From Syntrophales bacterium (GTDB lineage: Bacteria > Desulfobacterota > Syntrophia > Syntrophales > UBA6807): DNA of 64,000 nt. The translations under genes and the position numbers were made by a program. Every line of letters begins with the position of its first letter. Positions within the stretch are counted from its first letter, which is position 1. The stretch is from positions 864,001-928,000 of the forward strand of contig JAXGPA010000001.1 in NCBI GenBank assembly GCA_040767195.1, given 5' to 3'. Under the pieces are notes generated by a model. The model was not told where the DNA came from. It did not search any database and was given only the letters and a program-made list of their open reading frames with translations. Shown in pieces: positions 8,151-18,632 of the stretch.

Positions 8151-10820
8151 TCAATGGGCTTCATCCCAGTTTCGGCCCCCGCGAACCGCCACGACGAGGG
8201 GAACCCGCAGGGCGATCACCTCTTCCATCTCTTTCCGGATGACCGCCTCGGTTGCTTCTTCCTCGCTCTCGGGCACTTCGAAAACCAGTTCGTCATGAAC
8301 CTGGAGGATCATGTCCGCCGAAAGGGACTCCCGCTTCAAGCGATCCGCGATACGGATCATGGCCACCTTGATCAGGTCGGCAGCGGTTCCCTGAACGGGC
8401 GTGTTCACGGCCATCCGTTCGGCAAACTGGCGGACCGGGGCGCTGGAACTTCGAAGATCGGGAAGATACCGGCGGCGGCCGAGAAGGGTGGTAACGAAAC
8501 CTTCCCGTTCCCCCTTTTCCAAGGTTTCCGCGATGAAGGAACGAACGCCCTTGTATTTACGAAAATACTCGTCGATATATGCCTTGGCGAGCTTCTGGTC
8601 CACCCCGAGCTCCCGGGAAAGGCCGAAGGGGCTCATGCCGTAAAGAATCCCGAAGTTGATCACCTTAGCCTGTCGCCTCATGTCTTCGTTGACGAACTCG
8701 GGAAAGACGCCGAAGACGTCCGCGGCGGTCCGCCGGTGAATGTCCTCACCGGCCTCGAAGGTCCGGATGAGGGTCTTGTCATCCGAGAGATGGGCCAGGA
8801 TCCGAAGCTCGATCTGGGAATAATCGGCCGAGAGGAGGCGATGCCCCGGCGGGGCAATGAAGGCCTGGCGGATCCTTTTACCCTCCGTGGTCCGAACGGG
8901 AATGTTCTGGAGGTTCGGGTTGCTGCTCGACAGCCGGCCCGTGGCCGTGGCGGTCTGGTTGAAGGACGTGTGCACCCGGCCCGTTTCCGGGTTCACCAGG
9001 AGGGGCAGGGCGTCCACGTAGGTGGACTTGAGCTTCATCAGGCTGCGGTAAGCCAGGATCTCCGCCGGGAGTTCATAGGAACGGGCCAGGTCCGTGAGGA
9101 CGTCCACGTCTGTCGAGTGGCCCGTCTTGGTTTTCTTTCCCCGGGGAAGCTTCAGCTTCTCGAAGAGGATCTCCTGGAGCTGCTTTGGCGAGTTGATGTT
9201 GAAGGACTCGCCGGCGAGAATGTGGATTTTCTCTTCCGACAGGGCGAGAAGCGCCCCCAGGTCCCGGGACATGTCCCTGAGGAGTTCGGTGTCGAGGAGA
9301 ACGCCCTTCCTCTCCATGGCGGCGAGAACGGGAATGAGGGGCATCTCCACGTCATCGTAGAGCTTTCGTGAACCGTCTTTTTCCATGCGTTCCGTGAGGA
9401 CGGGGATGAGGCGATGAACCCGGTCGGCACACTGGCAGGCATAGGATCCGGTCTTCTCCGGGGGAAGGTCGGCCAGGGGGACGGCCCGGGCCCCGCTGCC
9501 GGCGATTTCCTTGAGGGAGGCGCACTCCCGGTTGAGATATTCCAGGGAAAGATCGGGGACATCAAAGGCCCGCCGGGTCGGGTTGATGATATAGGCGGCC
9601 ACCATGGTATCTCCCTTGACGCCGGACGGGGAGATTCCCCTTCGGGTGAAAAAAACCCGGGCGCTTTTCACGTCATGGCTCCACTTTTCAATCTTTTCGT
9701 CTTCCAGGGCCTTCTTCAGTTCGTCGAGAATCGGCCCCTCCCCCAGGACCGCCCCGGCGCCCGCCGCCGGAAGATAAAACGCCTTCCCCGGTGCCGGGCA
9801 AAGGGCCATGCCCACGAGATCCCCGTTCATGGCATCGGGGGAGGACAAAAGAACGTAAAAGACCCAGGGCCCCCGTTCCGGGAAAGTCCGGAGAATTTCA
9901 TCGAGCTCTTCCGGGCGGTTAACCGTCCGGAACGCCGTTTCCTCCGTTTCAGCCCGAACCTTGAGGGACTGCAGGAGGGACGAGAATTCGAACTCCACGA
10001 AAAGGTCTCTCAGGAGGGACGTTTCCGGTTGTCCGACCCGCAAGGTTTCCAGGTCTCCCTCCAGGGGCAGGTCGGTCCGGATGGTTACCAGTTCCCGGCT
10101 CAGCCGGGCCTGGTCGGCGAAGCGGTTGAGGTTCTCACGGACCCTTCCGTTGGAGAGTTTTCCGGCGCGGGCCAGGATCTCTTCCAGCGTCCCGAATTCG
10201 AGGACGAGCTTGAGCGCGGTCTTGGGACCGACTCCCGGAACCCCGGGCACGTTGTCCGAGCTGTCCCCCGTGAGTCCCATGATCTCCACCACCCGGTCGG
10301 GGCCGACGCCGAACCTTTCCCGGACCGCCGCCTCGTCGACGACCCGGTTCTTCATGGTGTCGAGGAGAACAACGCGGTCCGAAACGAGCTGCATGAAGTC
10401 CTTGTCCCCGGACACGATGACCACCCGGACACCCTGCCGCTCATAGTGCCGGGCCAGGGAACCAATGATGTCGTCGGCTTCCCACCCTTCTTTTTCCATA
10501 ACGGGTATTGACAACCCCCGGATCAGTTCCCGGATGGGGGGGAGCTGCTCCGCCAGCTCGTCGGGCATGGGTTTACGGGTTGCCTTGTAGTCCTCGAAGC
10601 TGTCATGGCGGAAGGTGGGCCCCCTGGTATCGAAAACGACGGCCATGTATTCGGCGTTTTTCTCCCTCAGGATCTTGAGAAGCATGTTGGTGAAGGCGTA
10701 GAGGGCGTTCGTGGGAAATCCCTTGGAATTCGTGAGCGGCGGCGTGGCATGAAAAGCGCGGTACACGAGGTTGCTCCCGTCCACGAGATAGAGGACGGGG
10801 TCTTCACGTTTCGTCGTCAT
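8151..10820 (-). CDS. polA: DNA polymerase I
   Basis: 5'-3' exonuclease domain (LVDGSN..YRAFHA, EADD, SGDKD, GDSSDNVPGVPGVGPKTA); polymerase motifs TGRLSS..PNLQNIP, DYSQIELR, K.INFGILYG, QVHDEL. Confidence 0.98.
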   Translation of the reverse strand: MTTKREDPVLYLVDGSNLVYRAFHATPPLTNSKGFPTNALYAFTNMLLKILREKNAEYMAVVFDTRGPTFRHDSFEDYKATRKPMPDELAEQLPPIRELIRGLSIPVMEKEGWEADDIIGSLARHYERQGVRVVIVSGDKDFMQLVSDRVVLLDTMKNRVVDEAAVRERFGVGPDRVVEIMGLTGDSSDNVPGVPGVGPKTALKLVLEFGTLEEILARAGKLSNGRVRENLNRFADQARLSRELVTIRTDLPLEGDLETLRVGQPETSLLRDLFVEFEFSSLLQSLKVRAETEETAFRTVNRPEELDEILRTFPERGPWVFYVLLSSPDAMNGDLVGMALCPAPGKAFYLPAAGAGAVLGEGPILDELKKALEDEKIEKWSHDVKSARVFFTRRGISPSGVKGDTMVAAYIINPTRRAFDVPDLSLEYLNRECASLKEIAGSGARAVPLADLPPEKTGSYACQCADRVHRLIPVLTERMEKDGSRKLYDDVEMPLIPVLAAMERKGVLLDTELLRDMSRDLGALLALSEEKIHILAGESFNINSPKQLQEILFEKLKLPRGKKTKTGHSTDVDVLTDLARSYELPAEILAYRSLMKLKSTYVDALPLLVNPETGRVHTSFNQTATATGRLSSSNPNLQNIPVRTTEGKRIRQAFIAPPGHRLLSADYSQIELRILAHLSDDKTLIRTFEAGEDIHRRTAADVFGVFPEFVNEDMRRQAKVINFGILYGMSPFGLSRELGVDQKLAKAYIDEYFRKYKGVRSFIAETLEKGEREGFVTTLLGRRRYLPDLRSSSAPVRQFAERMAVNTPVQGTAADLIKVAMIRIADRLKRESLSADMILQVHDELVFEVPESEEEATEAVIRKEMEEVIALRVPLVVAVRGGRNWDEAH

Positions 10821-10832
10821 GGCGTTTCTCTC

Positions 10833-11279
10833 TTACAGGTCGAAGGTGGCGTCGATCTTGAATTTTTTGACAGATCGAAGGTCAAGGATGTCCGATATGC
10901 CCGTTTTTTCCCGAAGGTCTCCGAGAAAATCCGCGATCTTCTCCGGCGAAGGGGCGATCACGGTAAACCAGACATTGTAGGAATGGTTTCTTTCATAGTT
11001 GTGGGTGACCCCCTCGCAGGCGTTGACCGTCTCGATGAACACCTCGAGACGCTCCGGGGGCACCCGGGCGGCGCAGAGGGTGCTCACGAACCCGAGCCGG
11101 CCCGGTTCGAAGACGGCGCCAATCCGCCGGATCACGCCTTGTTCCTTCAGCCGTTTCACCCGGGAAAAGGCCTCGTCCTCCGAGATCCCGAGAGCCTCCC
11201 CCACGATCCGGTAGGGTTCCGGATCGATAGGAAACCCCCTCTGGAGGCGGTTCAGGAGTTTTCTGTCCAGGTCGTCCAT
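10833..11279 (-). CDS. ahbA: Siroheme decarboxylase subunit alpha (Lrp/AsnC-like AhbA/NirD)
   Basis: FP...PY, IRRIG..F, STLCAA.V, VTHNY.R.H.YNVWFT; lies in Ahb heme cluster. Confidence 0.85.
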   Translation of the reverse strand: MDDLDRKLLNRLQRGFPIDPEPYRIVGEALGISEDEAFSRVKRLKEQGVIRRIGAVFEPGRLGFVSTLCAARVPPERLEVFIETVNACEGVTHNYERNHSYNVWFTVIAPSPEKIADFLGDLREKTGISDILDLRSVKKFKIDATFDL

Positions 11280-11294
11280 GATCTCGTCAGCCCG

Positions 11295-12392
11295 TCAAGG
11301 ACGGCGGCGGGATTCCGCCCGCGGCTCGTAAACGCAAAGAGGCTCTTCGGCGAGGTAGTCCCCCGTGGCCTCGAAGGCCCGGGCCCGGCACCCGCCGCAG
11401 ACCTTCAGAAATTCGCATCGGCCGCACTTGCCCCCGTAGAGATCGAGCCTTCGGAGTTTCCCGAAAACGGGGGACTCTTCCCAGATGACGGGAAAAGGAG
11501 ACTCGGAAATCTGCCCGCAGTCCACTTCCAGGTACCCGCAGGGCTGGACCTGGCCCGTGTGGGAAATGAAGCAGAAGGTGATCCCCCCCAGGCATCCCCG
11601 GGGCGTCGGACCCCCGTGTCCCCCGATAGCCGGGGACGCGCCCTTCCGGTTCCGGTCTTTCCCGTGCTGGCGCCGGATCCGGAAATAGTGGGGCGCGCAG
11701 GTCGCCTTGAGTTCCATGGGCACCCGGCCTTCTTTTTCAAGGAACCACAGCAGGGTTTTTTCGTAGTCCTCCGCCGATATCTCTTCCTCGGCCATTTCCT
11801 TTCCTCTCCCCGTGGGAACAAGAAGGAAAAGATGGTGAGCGGCGGCGCCCAGGGAGACGGCCAGATCGAGAATCCTCTCGAGGTCCGCCAGGTTTTCCCG
11901 GGTTACCGTCGTGTTGACCTGGAATTCCACGCCCGCTTTTTTCAGGGCCTCGATCCCGCGAAGGGCCCCGTCGAAGGCCCCGGGAACGGCCCGAAGGGCG
12001 TCATGGCTGGCGGCGTCGGGTCCGTCGAGGCTGACGCTCACCCGCCTGATGCCGGACTCCCGGATGCGATCCGCCGTTTTCCCGTCCACCCCGGTGCCGT
12101 TCGTGGCCAGGACCATCCGGAGGCCCAGGCTGTCCCCGTACCGTGCCAGGGTGAAAATGTCAGGACGGAGAAGGGGTTCCCCCCCCGTCAGGATGATGAC
12201 GGGACGGCCGACGGAGGCGATGTCGTCCAGAAGGGCGAGGCAGGCTTCCGTCCCCAGTTCGCCCCTGTAGGGACCTCTTTCCGATGACGCACGGCAGTGG
12301 CGGCAGGAGAGATTGCAGCTCCGGGTGACTTCCCAGGCCACCATCCGCAGGGGATGGGGCAGAATTTTCGGCGCGTCCCCGGAACCGGTCAT
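11295..12392 (-). CDS. ahbD: Radical SAM/SPASM heme b synthase (Fe-coproporphyrin III decarboxylase)
   Basis: [60 protein letters not shown]. Confidence 0.9.
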   Translation of the reverse strand: MTGSGDAPKILPHPLRMVAWEVTRSCNLSCRHCRASSERGPYRGELGTEACLALLDDIASVGRPVIILTGGEPLLRPDIFTLARYGDSLGLRMVLATNGTGVDGKTADRIRESGIRRVSVSLDGPDAASHDALRAVPGAFDGALRGIEALKKAGVEFQVNTTVTRENLADLERILDLAVSLGAAAHHLFLLVPTGRGKEMAEEEISAEDYEKTLLWFLEKEGRVPMELKATCAPHYFRIRRQHGKDRNRKGASPAIGGHGGPTPRGCLGGITFCFISHTGQVQPCGYLEVDCGQISESPFPVIWEESPVFGKLRRLDLYGGKCGRCEFLKVCGGCRARAFEATGDYLAEEPLCVYEPRAESRRRP

Positions 12393-13372
12393 CTCGAGCC
12401 CTTGGAAAGAAACCGGGCCGCTTCCCGGGCGAAATAGGTGAGGATGATGTCCGCCCCGGCCCGCTTGATGGACAGGAGGGACTCCATCATGGCCCTTTCT
12501 TCGTCGAGCCAGCCCAGGTTGGCCGCCGCCTTGATCATGGCGAACTCGCCGCTCACGTTGTAGGCGGCAATGGGAAGGTCGAATTCCTGCCGGGCCCGGC
12601 AGATGATGTCCAGGTAGGGGAGAGCGGGCTTTACCATAATGATATCAGCACCTTCCTCCACGTCCAGGGTGATCTCCCGGATGGCCTCGTCACCGTTTCC
12701 CGGGTCCATCTGGTAGGCCTTTCGGTCGCCGAACTGGGGCGCGCTTTCGGCGGCCTCCCGGAAAGGCCCGTAGAAACAGGAGGCATACTTGGCCGAATAG
12801 GCCATGATGGGTATGTGATCAAAGTCCGCTTCATCCAGGGCCTCCCGGATTGCCGTGACCTGGCCGTCCATCATGGCCGAGGGCGCCACCATGTCCGCCC
12901 CCGCCCGGGCGTGGGAAACGGCGGTCTCGCCGAGAACCTCGATGGTGGGGTCGTTTTCCACATCCGTTCCCCGGAGCATCCCGCAGTGGCCGTGGCTCGT
13001 GTACTCGCACAGGCACACGTCGGTGATGACCAGGATGTCGGGAACCTTGTCCTTGAGGGCCGTGACGGCCCGCTGGACAATGCCGTCCCTGGCGAAGGCC
13101 CCCGTGGCGATTTCGTCCTTCTTTTCCGGAATCCCGAAGAGAAGGACGGCAGGAATCCCCAGATCCCGGGTGATCTTCACCTCTTTCACGAGCTGGTCCA
13201 CGGAGAGCTGAAAATTGCCCGGCATGGAAGCGATGGGTTTCTTCACGTTTTTTCCCGGCACCACGAAGAGGGGGTGAACGAAATCGTCCACGGACAGACG
13301 GGTTTCCCGGATCATTCTACGAAAATGCTCGTTCGCCCGGAGTCTTCTCGGTCTGTAGTCAGGATACTGCAT
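12389..13372 (-). CDS. hemB: Porphobilinogen synthase (ALA dehydratase)
   Basis: [20 protein letters not shown] zinc site, PS.MMDG, FYGPFR, YQMD, MVKPA. Confidence 0.98.
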   Translation of the reverse strand: MQYPDYRPRRLRANEHFRRMIRETRLSVDDFVHPLFVVPGKNVKKPIASMPGNFQLSVDQLVKEVKITRDLGIPAVLLFGIPEKKDEIATGAFARDGIVQRAVTALKDKVPDILVITDVCLCEYTSHGHCGMLRGTDVENDPTIEVLGETAVSHARAGADMVAPSAMMDGQVTAIREALDEADFDHIPIMAYSAKYASCFYGPFREAAESAPQFGDRKAYQMDPGNGDEAIREITLDVEEGADIIMVKPALPYLDIICRARQEFDLPIAAYNVSGEFAMIKAAANLGWLDEERAMMESLLSIKRAGADIILTYFAREAARFLSKGSR

Positions 13373-13423
13373 GGAACTTCTCCTTTTTATGGGGTTTCAC
13401 GGCCCCCGATGAATGCAACGAAG

Positions 13424-13459
13424 ACCGCCTTCACCGCCTTCACCGCCTTCACGGCTTCG
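13424..13459. repeat. 9-bp tandem repeat (ACCGCCTTC x3 plus one degenerate copy)
   Basis: accgccttc accgccttc accgccttc acggcttcg, spanning the ahbC stop codon. Confidence 0.85.
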
Positions 13460-14639
13460 GGCCGGCGATTTCTTCGTCCGTGAGGTAGCAGGCGGGGTCG
13501 GGCGCCCAGACGTCGCCGGTGACGGCCTCCGCCCGGGCCCGGAAATTCCCGCCGCACACGGTAAGCCAGCGGCAGGCGGCGCAACGGCCCTTGACGTGCT
13601 TTTTCTTGTCCTTGAGTTTCGCCAGGAGTTCCAGGGACCGATCCTCCCAAACGGCACTGAAGGGCCTTTCCCGGACGTTCCCGAAACGAATGTTCCTCCA
13701 GAACTGGTCGGGGTGAATTTCCCCGTCCCAGCTCACGCAGCCGATGCCGCGCCCCGAGTTGTTTCCCTCGTTCATCCGGAGAAGCTCCAGGACTTCTCCC
13801 GCCCGTTCGGGATCTTCCTTGAGAAGGCGAAGATAGATGAAGGGCCCGTCGGCGTGGTTGTCCACGGTGAGGATCTCCTTGGGAAGGCCGCGGCGGAAGA
13901 GATCCCGGGTCCGGTCGAGGATGAGATTCACCGCTTTCCGCGTTTCCTCGTGGGACAGATCCTCCTCGACAAGGCGGGAACCCCGTCCGGCATAGACGAG
14001 ATGATAGAAGCAGGCCCGGGGGATGTCCTCCGCTTCCATGAGGTCGAACATGCGGGGAATCTCGCCGGCGTTTCGGCGATTCATGGTGAAGCGCAGCCCC
14101 ACCTTGATCCCTTCCTCCCGGCAGTACCGGATCCCGCGGAGAGCATCGTCGAAAGCCCCTTCGCGGCCCCGAAAACGGTCGTGGATTTCCTTCATCCCGT
14201 CCAGGCTCACCCCCACGTAGGAAAGACCGATTTTTCGGAATTCAGAGGCTTTTTCCTTCGTTATGAGCGTCCCGTTCGTGGAAATCACGACGCGCAGACC
14301 CTGTCCCACGGCAAAGCGGGCCAGTTCCGCCAGGTCCTTCCGGGCCAGGGGCTCCCCCCCGGAGAGAAGAATCACCGGGCAGCCATAAGCGGCGAGATCG
14401 CTGATGAGCGCCTTTCCTTCATCCGTTGAAAGCTCGTTCCCGTAGTCCAGGTCTTTCGCGGAAGCGTAGCAGTGAACGCAGCGAAGATTGCACCGGCGGG
14501 TCATGTTCCAGACGACCACAGGCTTCTTGTCCCGGGAAAACTGGAGAAGATGGGAGGGCAGCTTGCCAGACTCGGCGCCGTACCGGAGAACATCCGAGGG
14601 CTCCACGGCCCCGCAGTATAGCTTGGACACACCGATCAC
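13449..14639 (-). CDS. ahbC: Radical SAM 12,18-didecarboxysiroheme deacetylase
   Basis: MIGVSKLYCG, LPSHLLQFS.DKKPVVVWN, CNLRCVHCY, CFYHLVYAGRG, LTVDNHADG, CGGNFRARAEA, WAPDPACY. Confidence 0.93.
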   Translation of the reverse strand: MIGVSKLYCGAVEPSDVLRYGAESGKLPSHLLQFSRDKKPVVVWNMTRRCNLRCVHCYASAKDLDYGNELSTDEGKALISDLAAYGCPVILLSGGEPLARKDLAELARFAVGQGLRVVISTNGTLITKEKASEFRKIGLSYVGVSLDGMKEIHDRFRGREGAFDDALRGIRYCREEGIKVGLRFTMNRRNAGEIPRMFDLMEAEDIPRACFYHLVYAGRGSRLVEEDLSHEETRKAVNLILDRTRDLFRRGLPKEILTVDNHADGPFIYLRLLKEDPERAGEVLELLRMNEGNNSGRGIGCVSWDGEIHPDQFWRNIRFGNVRERPFSAVWEDRSLELLAKLKDKKKHVKGRCAACRWLTVCGGNFRARAEAVTGDVWAPDPACYLTDEEIAGPKP

Positions 14640-16192
14640 CGGCCGGTCTCCTTTTGGTCAGTCACGTCTGTTTTCCTTTCATAATATTTTCTCAGAGCGT
14701 CCACAAGCCCGGGTACGGAGTAAACCTCCTCCATGACGTGAATGGGAACGTTCCGCTTTTTCAAGGCCGCCGCCGTTACCGGCCCGATGGACGCCACCCG
14801 GACGTGTCCGGGGAGGGCGAAACGCTCTCCCATGATCGCAAAAAAGTTCTTCACTGTCGAGGGGCTCGTGAAGGTCAGAACATCCACGCGGCCTTGTTCC
14901 ATTTCCTTCTCAAGGACGGCGCGGTCCGTATCCGCCCGGACGGTCCGGTAGACGGGTACCACGTCGACGGCGGCCCCCATCCCTTTCAGGCCGTCGGGAA
15001 GAATGTCCCGGGCCTCTTCGGCCCGGGGCAGAAGAACCCGCTCCCCCCCGAGATCCACGCTTTCGAAAGACGCCACGAGGCCCTCGGAAACATAGACCGG
15101 TGGAACGAGATCAACCCCGATTCCATAGGCTTCAATCATTTTCGCCGTGGCCGGCCCGATGGCGGCGATCCGAACCCCCTTGAGCGCACGGAGATCCTTC
15201 CCTTTCTCCCGGAGCCGCTTCAGAAAGAAGCGAACCCCGTTGGCGCTGGTGAAGACCACCCACCGGTATGCTTCCAGACGGCCGAGGGCCTCGTCGAGAG
15301 GCCCGGTCCGCGACGATTCCCGGACCTGTATGACGGGGAAGTGAATCGGCCGGGCCCCCTCATCCCGAAGGAGTCGGGCCATTTCCCCGGCCTGGGCCGC
15401 CGGTCTCGTGATGACGACACCTTTGCCGAAGAGGGGCTTCGTTTCGAACCAGTTCATCATTGCCCGGAGACGGACCACCTCGCCGACAACCAGCACGGCG
15501 GGCGGTGTCATGCCCCGTTCCCGGGCCTGCCGCTCGATCGTTTCCAGGGTGCCGGTGACGGTCTCCTGGTCCGCCGTGGTCCCCCAGCGTATGAGGGCGC
15601 AGGGGGTGTCCGGGCTTTTTCCATGCTCCCGAAGGCCGGCGGAGATGCTTCCCAGGTTTTTCACCCCCATGAGAAAGACCAGGGTTTCGATTGCCGCGAG
15701 GCTTCCCCAGTGAACCCGGCTCTCCTTTTTGTCCGGGTCTTCGTGGCCGGTGACAAAGGCGACGGAAGAGGTGAACTCGCGGTGGGTCAGGGGGATCCCC
15801 GCATAGGCGGGTACGGCGATGGCGGAAGTCACCCCGGGGACGATTTCAAAGGGTATTTCCGCCCGGAACAGGACTTCCGCCTCTTCTCCACCCCGGCCGA
15901 AAACAAAGGGGTCCCCTCCCTTCAGGCGGGCCACGGTGTGGCCCTCCTTCGCCTCTTCCACCAGGATTTCGTTCAGCCTTTCCTGGGTGACCGTGTGGTC
16001 GCCCCCCTGTTTTCCCACGTAGATGAACCGGGCGTCCTCCCGGGCATGGCGGAGGATTTCCCGGTCCACCAGGTAGTCGTAGACGATCACGTCCGCTTCC
16101 CTGAGGCATGCCGCGGCGCGGAGGGTGAGAAGGCCGGGGTCTCCCGGACCGGCACCGATGATGTAGACCTTGTTTTTCTTCCTGTTTTCCAA
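14636..16192 (-). CDS. cobA: Fused uroporphyrinogen-III C-methyltransferase / uroporphyrinogen-III synthase (CobA-HemD)
   Basis: GAGPGDPGLLT, RLKGGDPFVFGRGGEE, PGVTSA; C-terminal HemD domain (ITRP, FTSANGV, IGPAT, FTSPSTV). Start uncertain: TTG 16192 after GGGGAG, or ATG 16240. Confidence 0.93.
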   Translation of the reverse strand: MENRKKNKVYIIGAGPGDPGLLTLRAAACLREADVIVYDYLVDREILRHAREDARFIYVGKQGGDHTVTQERLNEILVEEAKEGHTVARLKGGDPFVFGRGGEEAEVLFRAEIPFEIVPGVTSAIAVPAYAGIPLTHREFTSSVAFVTGHEDPDKKESRVHWGSLAAIETLVFLMGVKNLGSISAGLREHGKSPDTPCALIRWGTTADQETVTGTLETIERQARERGMTPPAVLVVGEVVRLRAMMNWFETKPLFGKGVVITRPAAQAGEMARLLRDEGARPIHFPVIQVRESSRTGPLDEALGRLEAYRWVVFTSANGVRFFLKRLREKGKDLRALKGVRIAAIGPATAKMIEAYGIGVDLVPPVYVSEGLVASFESVDLGGERVLLPRAEEARDILPDGLKGMGAAVDVVPVYRTVRADTDRAVLEKEMEQGRVDVLTFTSPSTVKNFFAIMGERFALPGHVRVASIGPVTAAALKKRNVPIHVMEEVYSVPGLVDALRKYYERKTDVTDQKETGR

Positions 16193-16364
16193 ATTCGTCA
16201 ATCTCCCCTTTGAGAAACGCTCCCCTGCCTGCCCGTTCATCTCTCCCGGCCTTCCGGTAAATACCCGCCGGAATCCGGCCCGGCGTCTTCGTCACCCCGC
16301 CGTCAGCCTGGTGTCCCCGCAGGAAAAAAAGATTCTTGAAATAAATTCTTTTTCGGCATGGCGC

Positions 16365-17300
16365 TCAGGTTCCCCTGCCGCGGTAAAACATATCCAGTAT
16401 GCCTTGACCGCCCCGGGAGAGAATCTTCTCCGCCAGGTCCCGGCCCATTTCCGGCCCCTGGCGGTAATCGCCCCGGTCCGACTCGGTAATGACCACCCGG
16501 CCGTCGACGCTCCCGAGAAGGCCCAGGAGGACGAGACGGTCGCCCTGCTTCCGGGCATGGACGGCCATGGGCACCTGGCACCCACCGCCCATGCGGGCGA
16601 GAAAGGCTCTTTCCGCGAAGACCTCCGCCGCCGTGTCTTCGTGGTGAAGAAAGGCTATCCGGTCCCGGGTTTTTTCGTCGTCCACCCGGATCTCGATGCC
16701 CAGAGCCCCCTGTCCCGCCGGCGGTATCATCCATTCCACGGATATGTACTGGGTAATTTCACCGGCCAGGCCGAGCCGCCTCATTCCCGCCGCCGCCACG
16801 ACGATTCCGTCCAGGTCTTCCGTTTCGATCTTCCGGAGACGGGTGTCCAGGTTGCCTCGAAGGGGCACCACATCCAGGTCGGGAAGCAGGTGCAGGAGCT
16901 GCATGGACCGCCTCATGGACCCCGTCCCTATTCTCGCCCCTTTCGGAAGTTCTTCCAGCTTCTTCCGGCTCCGGGATACAAGGACGTCCCGGGGGTCCTC
17001 CCTCCGGGGAACGGCCCCGATGACCAGGCCTTCCGGAAGCTCCGAGGGCATGTCCTTCATGCTGTGAACGGCCATGTCTATCTCCCCGGCCGCAAGGGAC
17101 TCTTCGATTTCCTTTACGAAAACGCCTTTTCCGCCGATTTTGACGAGGGCCACGTCCTGCAGTTTGTCTCCCCGGGTCCGAATGGGAACGATCTCGCTTT
17201 CCACCCCGGGATATCTTCCGGCCAGAGCCTTTTTCACGAACCCCGCCTGGGCCAGGGCCAATCGGCTCCCTCTCGTTCCGATGCGTATGATCTCTTTTAT
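16365..17300 (-). CDS. hemC: Hydroxymethylbilane synthase (porphobilinogen deaminase); inferred ATA start
   Basis: IRIGTRGS.LAL.Q, GGKGVFVKEIE, AVHSMKD, RGNLDTRL, GQGALGIE, GGCQVP. The conserved IGTRGS lies upstream of the ORF-track start at 17261. Confidence 0.93.
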   Translation of the reverse strand: MKEIIRIGTRGSRLALAQAGFVKKALAGRYPGVESEIVPIRTRGDKLQDVALVKIGGKGVFVKEIEESLAAGEIDMAVHSMKDMPSELPEGLVIGAVPRREDPRDVLVSRSRKKLEELPKGARIGTGSMRRSMQLLHLLPDLDVVPLRGNLDTRLRKIETEDLDGIVVAAAGMRRLGLAGEITQYISVEWMIPPAGQGALGIEIRVDDEKTRDRIAFLHHEDTAAEVFAERAFLARMGGGCQVPMAVHARKQGDRLVLLGLLGSVDGRVVITESDRGDYRQGPEMGRDLAEKILSRGGQGILDMFYRGRGT

Positions 17301-18628
17301 GATGACGTCTCCTTTTCTTCCGTTTCCGTTTTTCCGCCGTCCTGCCGCCCGCTTTCACTTCCAGGGCCGTCAAGGTGGAACAGATCCCGGACCGCCGCCA
17401 CATAAACCGGTGTCCCGTCGTTCTGGCTCGCCTCCTTGAGGCTCGTCACCGGCCCGTGGAGAATCTTGTTCACAACCCCGTGAACGAGTATTTCAACCCT
17501 TTCCCGGTCTTCCTCCCGAAGCTCTCGGATCCAGGAAAAGGATTTCTCCATCTCCCCGTGGATGATCGCATCGGCCCGGTCCTTGAGGGATCTTATGGTG
17601 GGAACCACTTCCAGGGTGTTTCGCCATTCGGCGAAGCGAATCACTTCTTCCTCCACGATCCGCTCGGCCTTTTCGGACTCTTCCAACCGGTTTTTCAGGT
17701 TTTCGTCGACGATCTCCTGAAGGTGATCGATATTGTAAAGATAAACATTGTCGATTTCACCCGCGGCGGGATCGATGTCCCGGGGAACGGCGATGTCGAT
17801 GAGAAAAAGAAGGCGGTTTTTCCGGCGCCGGAGGGCGTTTCGGGCCATCTCAGCGGTGACGACGAACCCGGCGGACCCCGTGGAGCTGATGACGATGTCC
17901 GCCTCTTTCAGGTGTTCCTCCAGGGCATCGAATCCCGTCGCGACCCCCTGGAACTCTTCGGCAAGACGGACGGCATTCTCGAAGGTCCGGTTCGCCACGA
18001 TGATCCGTCCGGCGCCGTTTTTCAATAGATGCCGTGCCGCGAGCTCGGACATCTCGCCGGCGCCGATGAGAAGGACCGTCTTTCCGCCGAGGCCGCCGAA
18101 AATTTTCTTCGCCAGGGCCACGGCGGCATAGCTCACGGAAACGGCATTGAACGCGATGGCTGTCTCCGTCCGGACCCTTTTGGCAACACGAAAGGCATGA
18201 TGGAGAAGCTTGTTGATCATGAGACCGGAGGTGCCGTTCTCCACGGACATCCGGTAGGCCTCCTTGACCTGTCCCAGGATCTGGGGCTCCCCCATGACCA
18301 TGGAATCCAGGCTCGAGGCCACCCGGAAAAGATGCCGGGTCGCCGTGTCGCCCCGATAGACGTACAGGCAGGACTCCAGTTCCTCTCCGGGCAGGTTTCC
18401 GTGGGAAAAGATGAATGCCTTTATCCCGTCAATACCCCGGGTCTCATCTTGCAGATCGGCCAGGACCTCCACCCGGTTGCACGTGGAAAGATACAGAACC
18501 TCCCGGAGATGGGGGAGGCTCCTCAAGGTTGTTATGGCCCGAGACGGATCGTCGCAGGATAGAGCCAGTCTCTCCCGGATCTCGACGGGGGCCGTCTTGT
18601 GGTTCATTCCTATGAGAACGACAGGCAT
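17297..18628 (-). CDS. hemA: Glutamyl-tRNA reductase
   Basis: Starts MPVVLIGMNHKTAPVEIRE (ATG 18628); STCNRVE, LDSMVMGEPQILGQVK, GAGEM, DIAVPRD. Confidence 0.97.
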   Translation of the reverse strand: MPVVLIGMNHKTAPVEIRERLALSCDDPSRAITTLRSLPHLREVLYLSTCNRVEVLADLQDETRGIDGIKAFIFSHGNLPGEELESCLYVYRGDTATRHLFRVASSLDSMVMGEPQILGQVKEAYRMSVENGTSGLMINKLLHHAFRVAKRVRTETAIAFNAVSVSYAAVALAKKIFGGLGGKTVLLIGAGEMSELAARHLLKNGAGRIIVANRTFENAVRLAEEFQGVATGFDALEEHLKEADIVISSTGSAGFVVTAEMARNALRRRKNRLLFLIDIAVPRDIDPAAGEIDNVYLYNIDHLQEIVDENLKNRLEESEKAERIVEEEVIRFAEWRNTLEVVPTIRSLKDRADAIIHGEMEKSFSWIRELREEDRERVEILVHGVVNKILHGPVTSLKEASQNDGTPVYVAAVRDLFHLDGPGSESGRQDGGKTETEEKETSS

Positions 18629-18632
18629 ACCT

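Noticed and set aside
6522..9371. Very long antisense ORFs (also 10605-12287, 14426-16213, 36903-39488, 42043-43671, 48842-50746)
   Set aside because: Shadow ORFs opposite well-supported genes, expected from high-GC codon bias; no recognisable motifs
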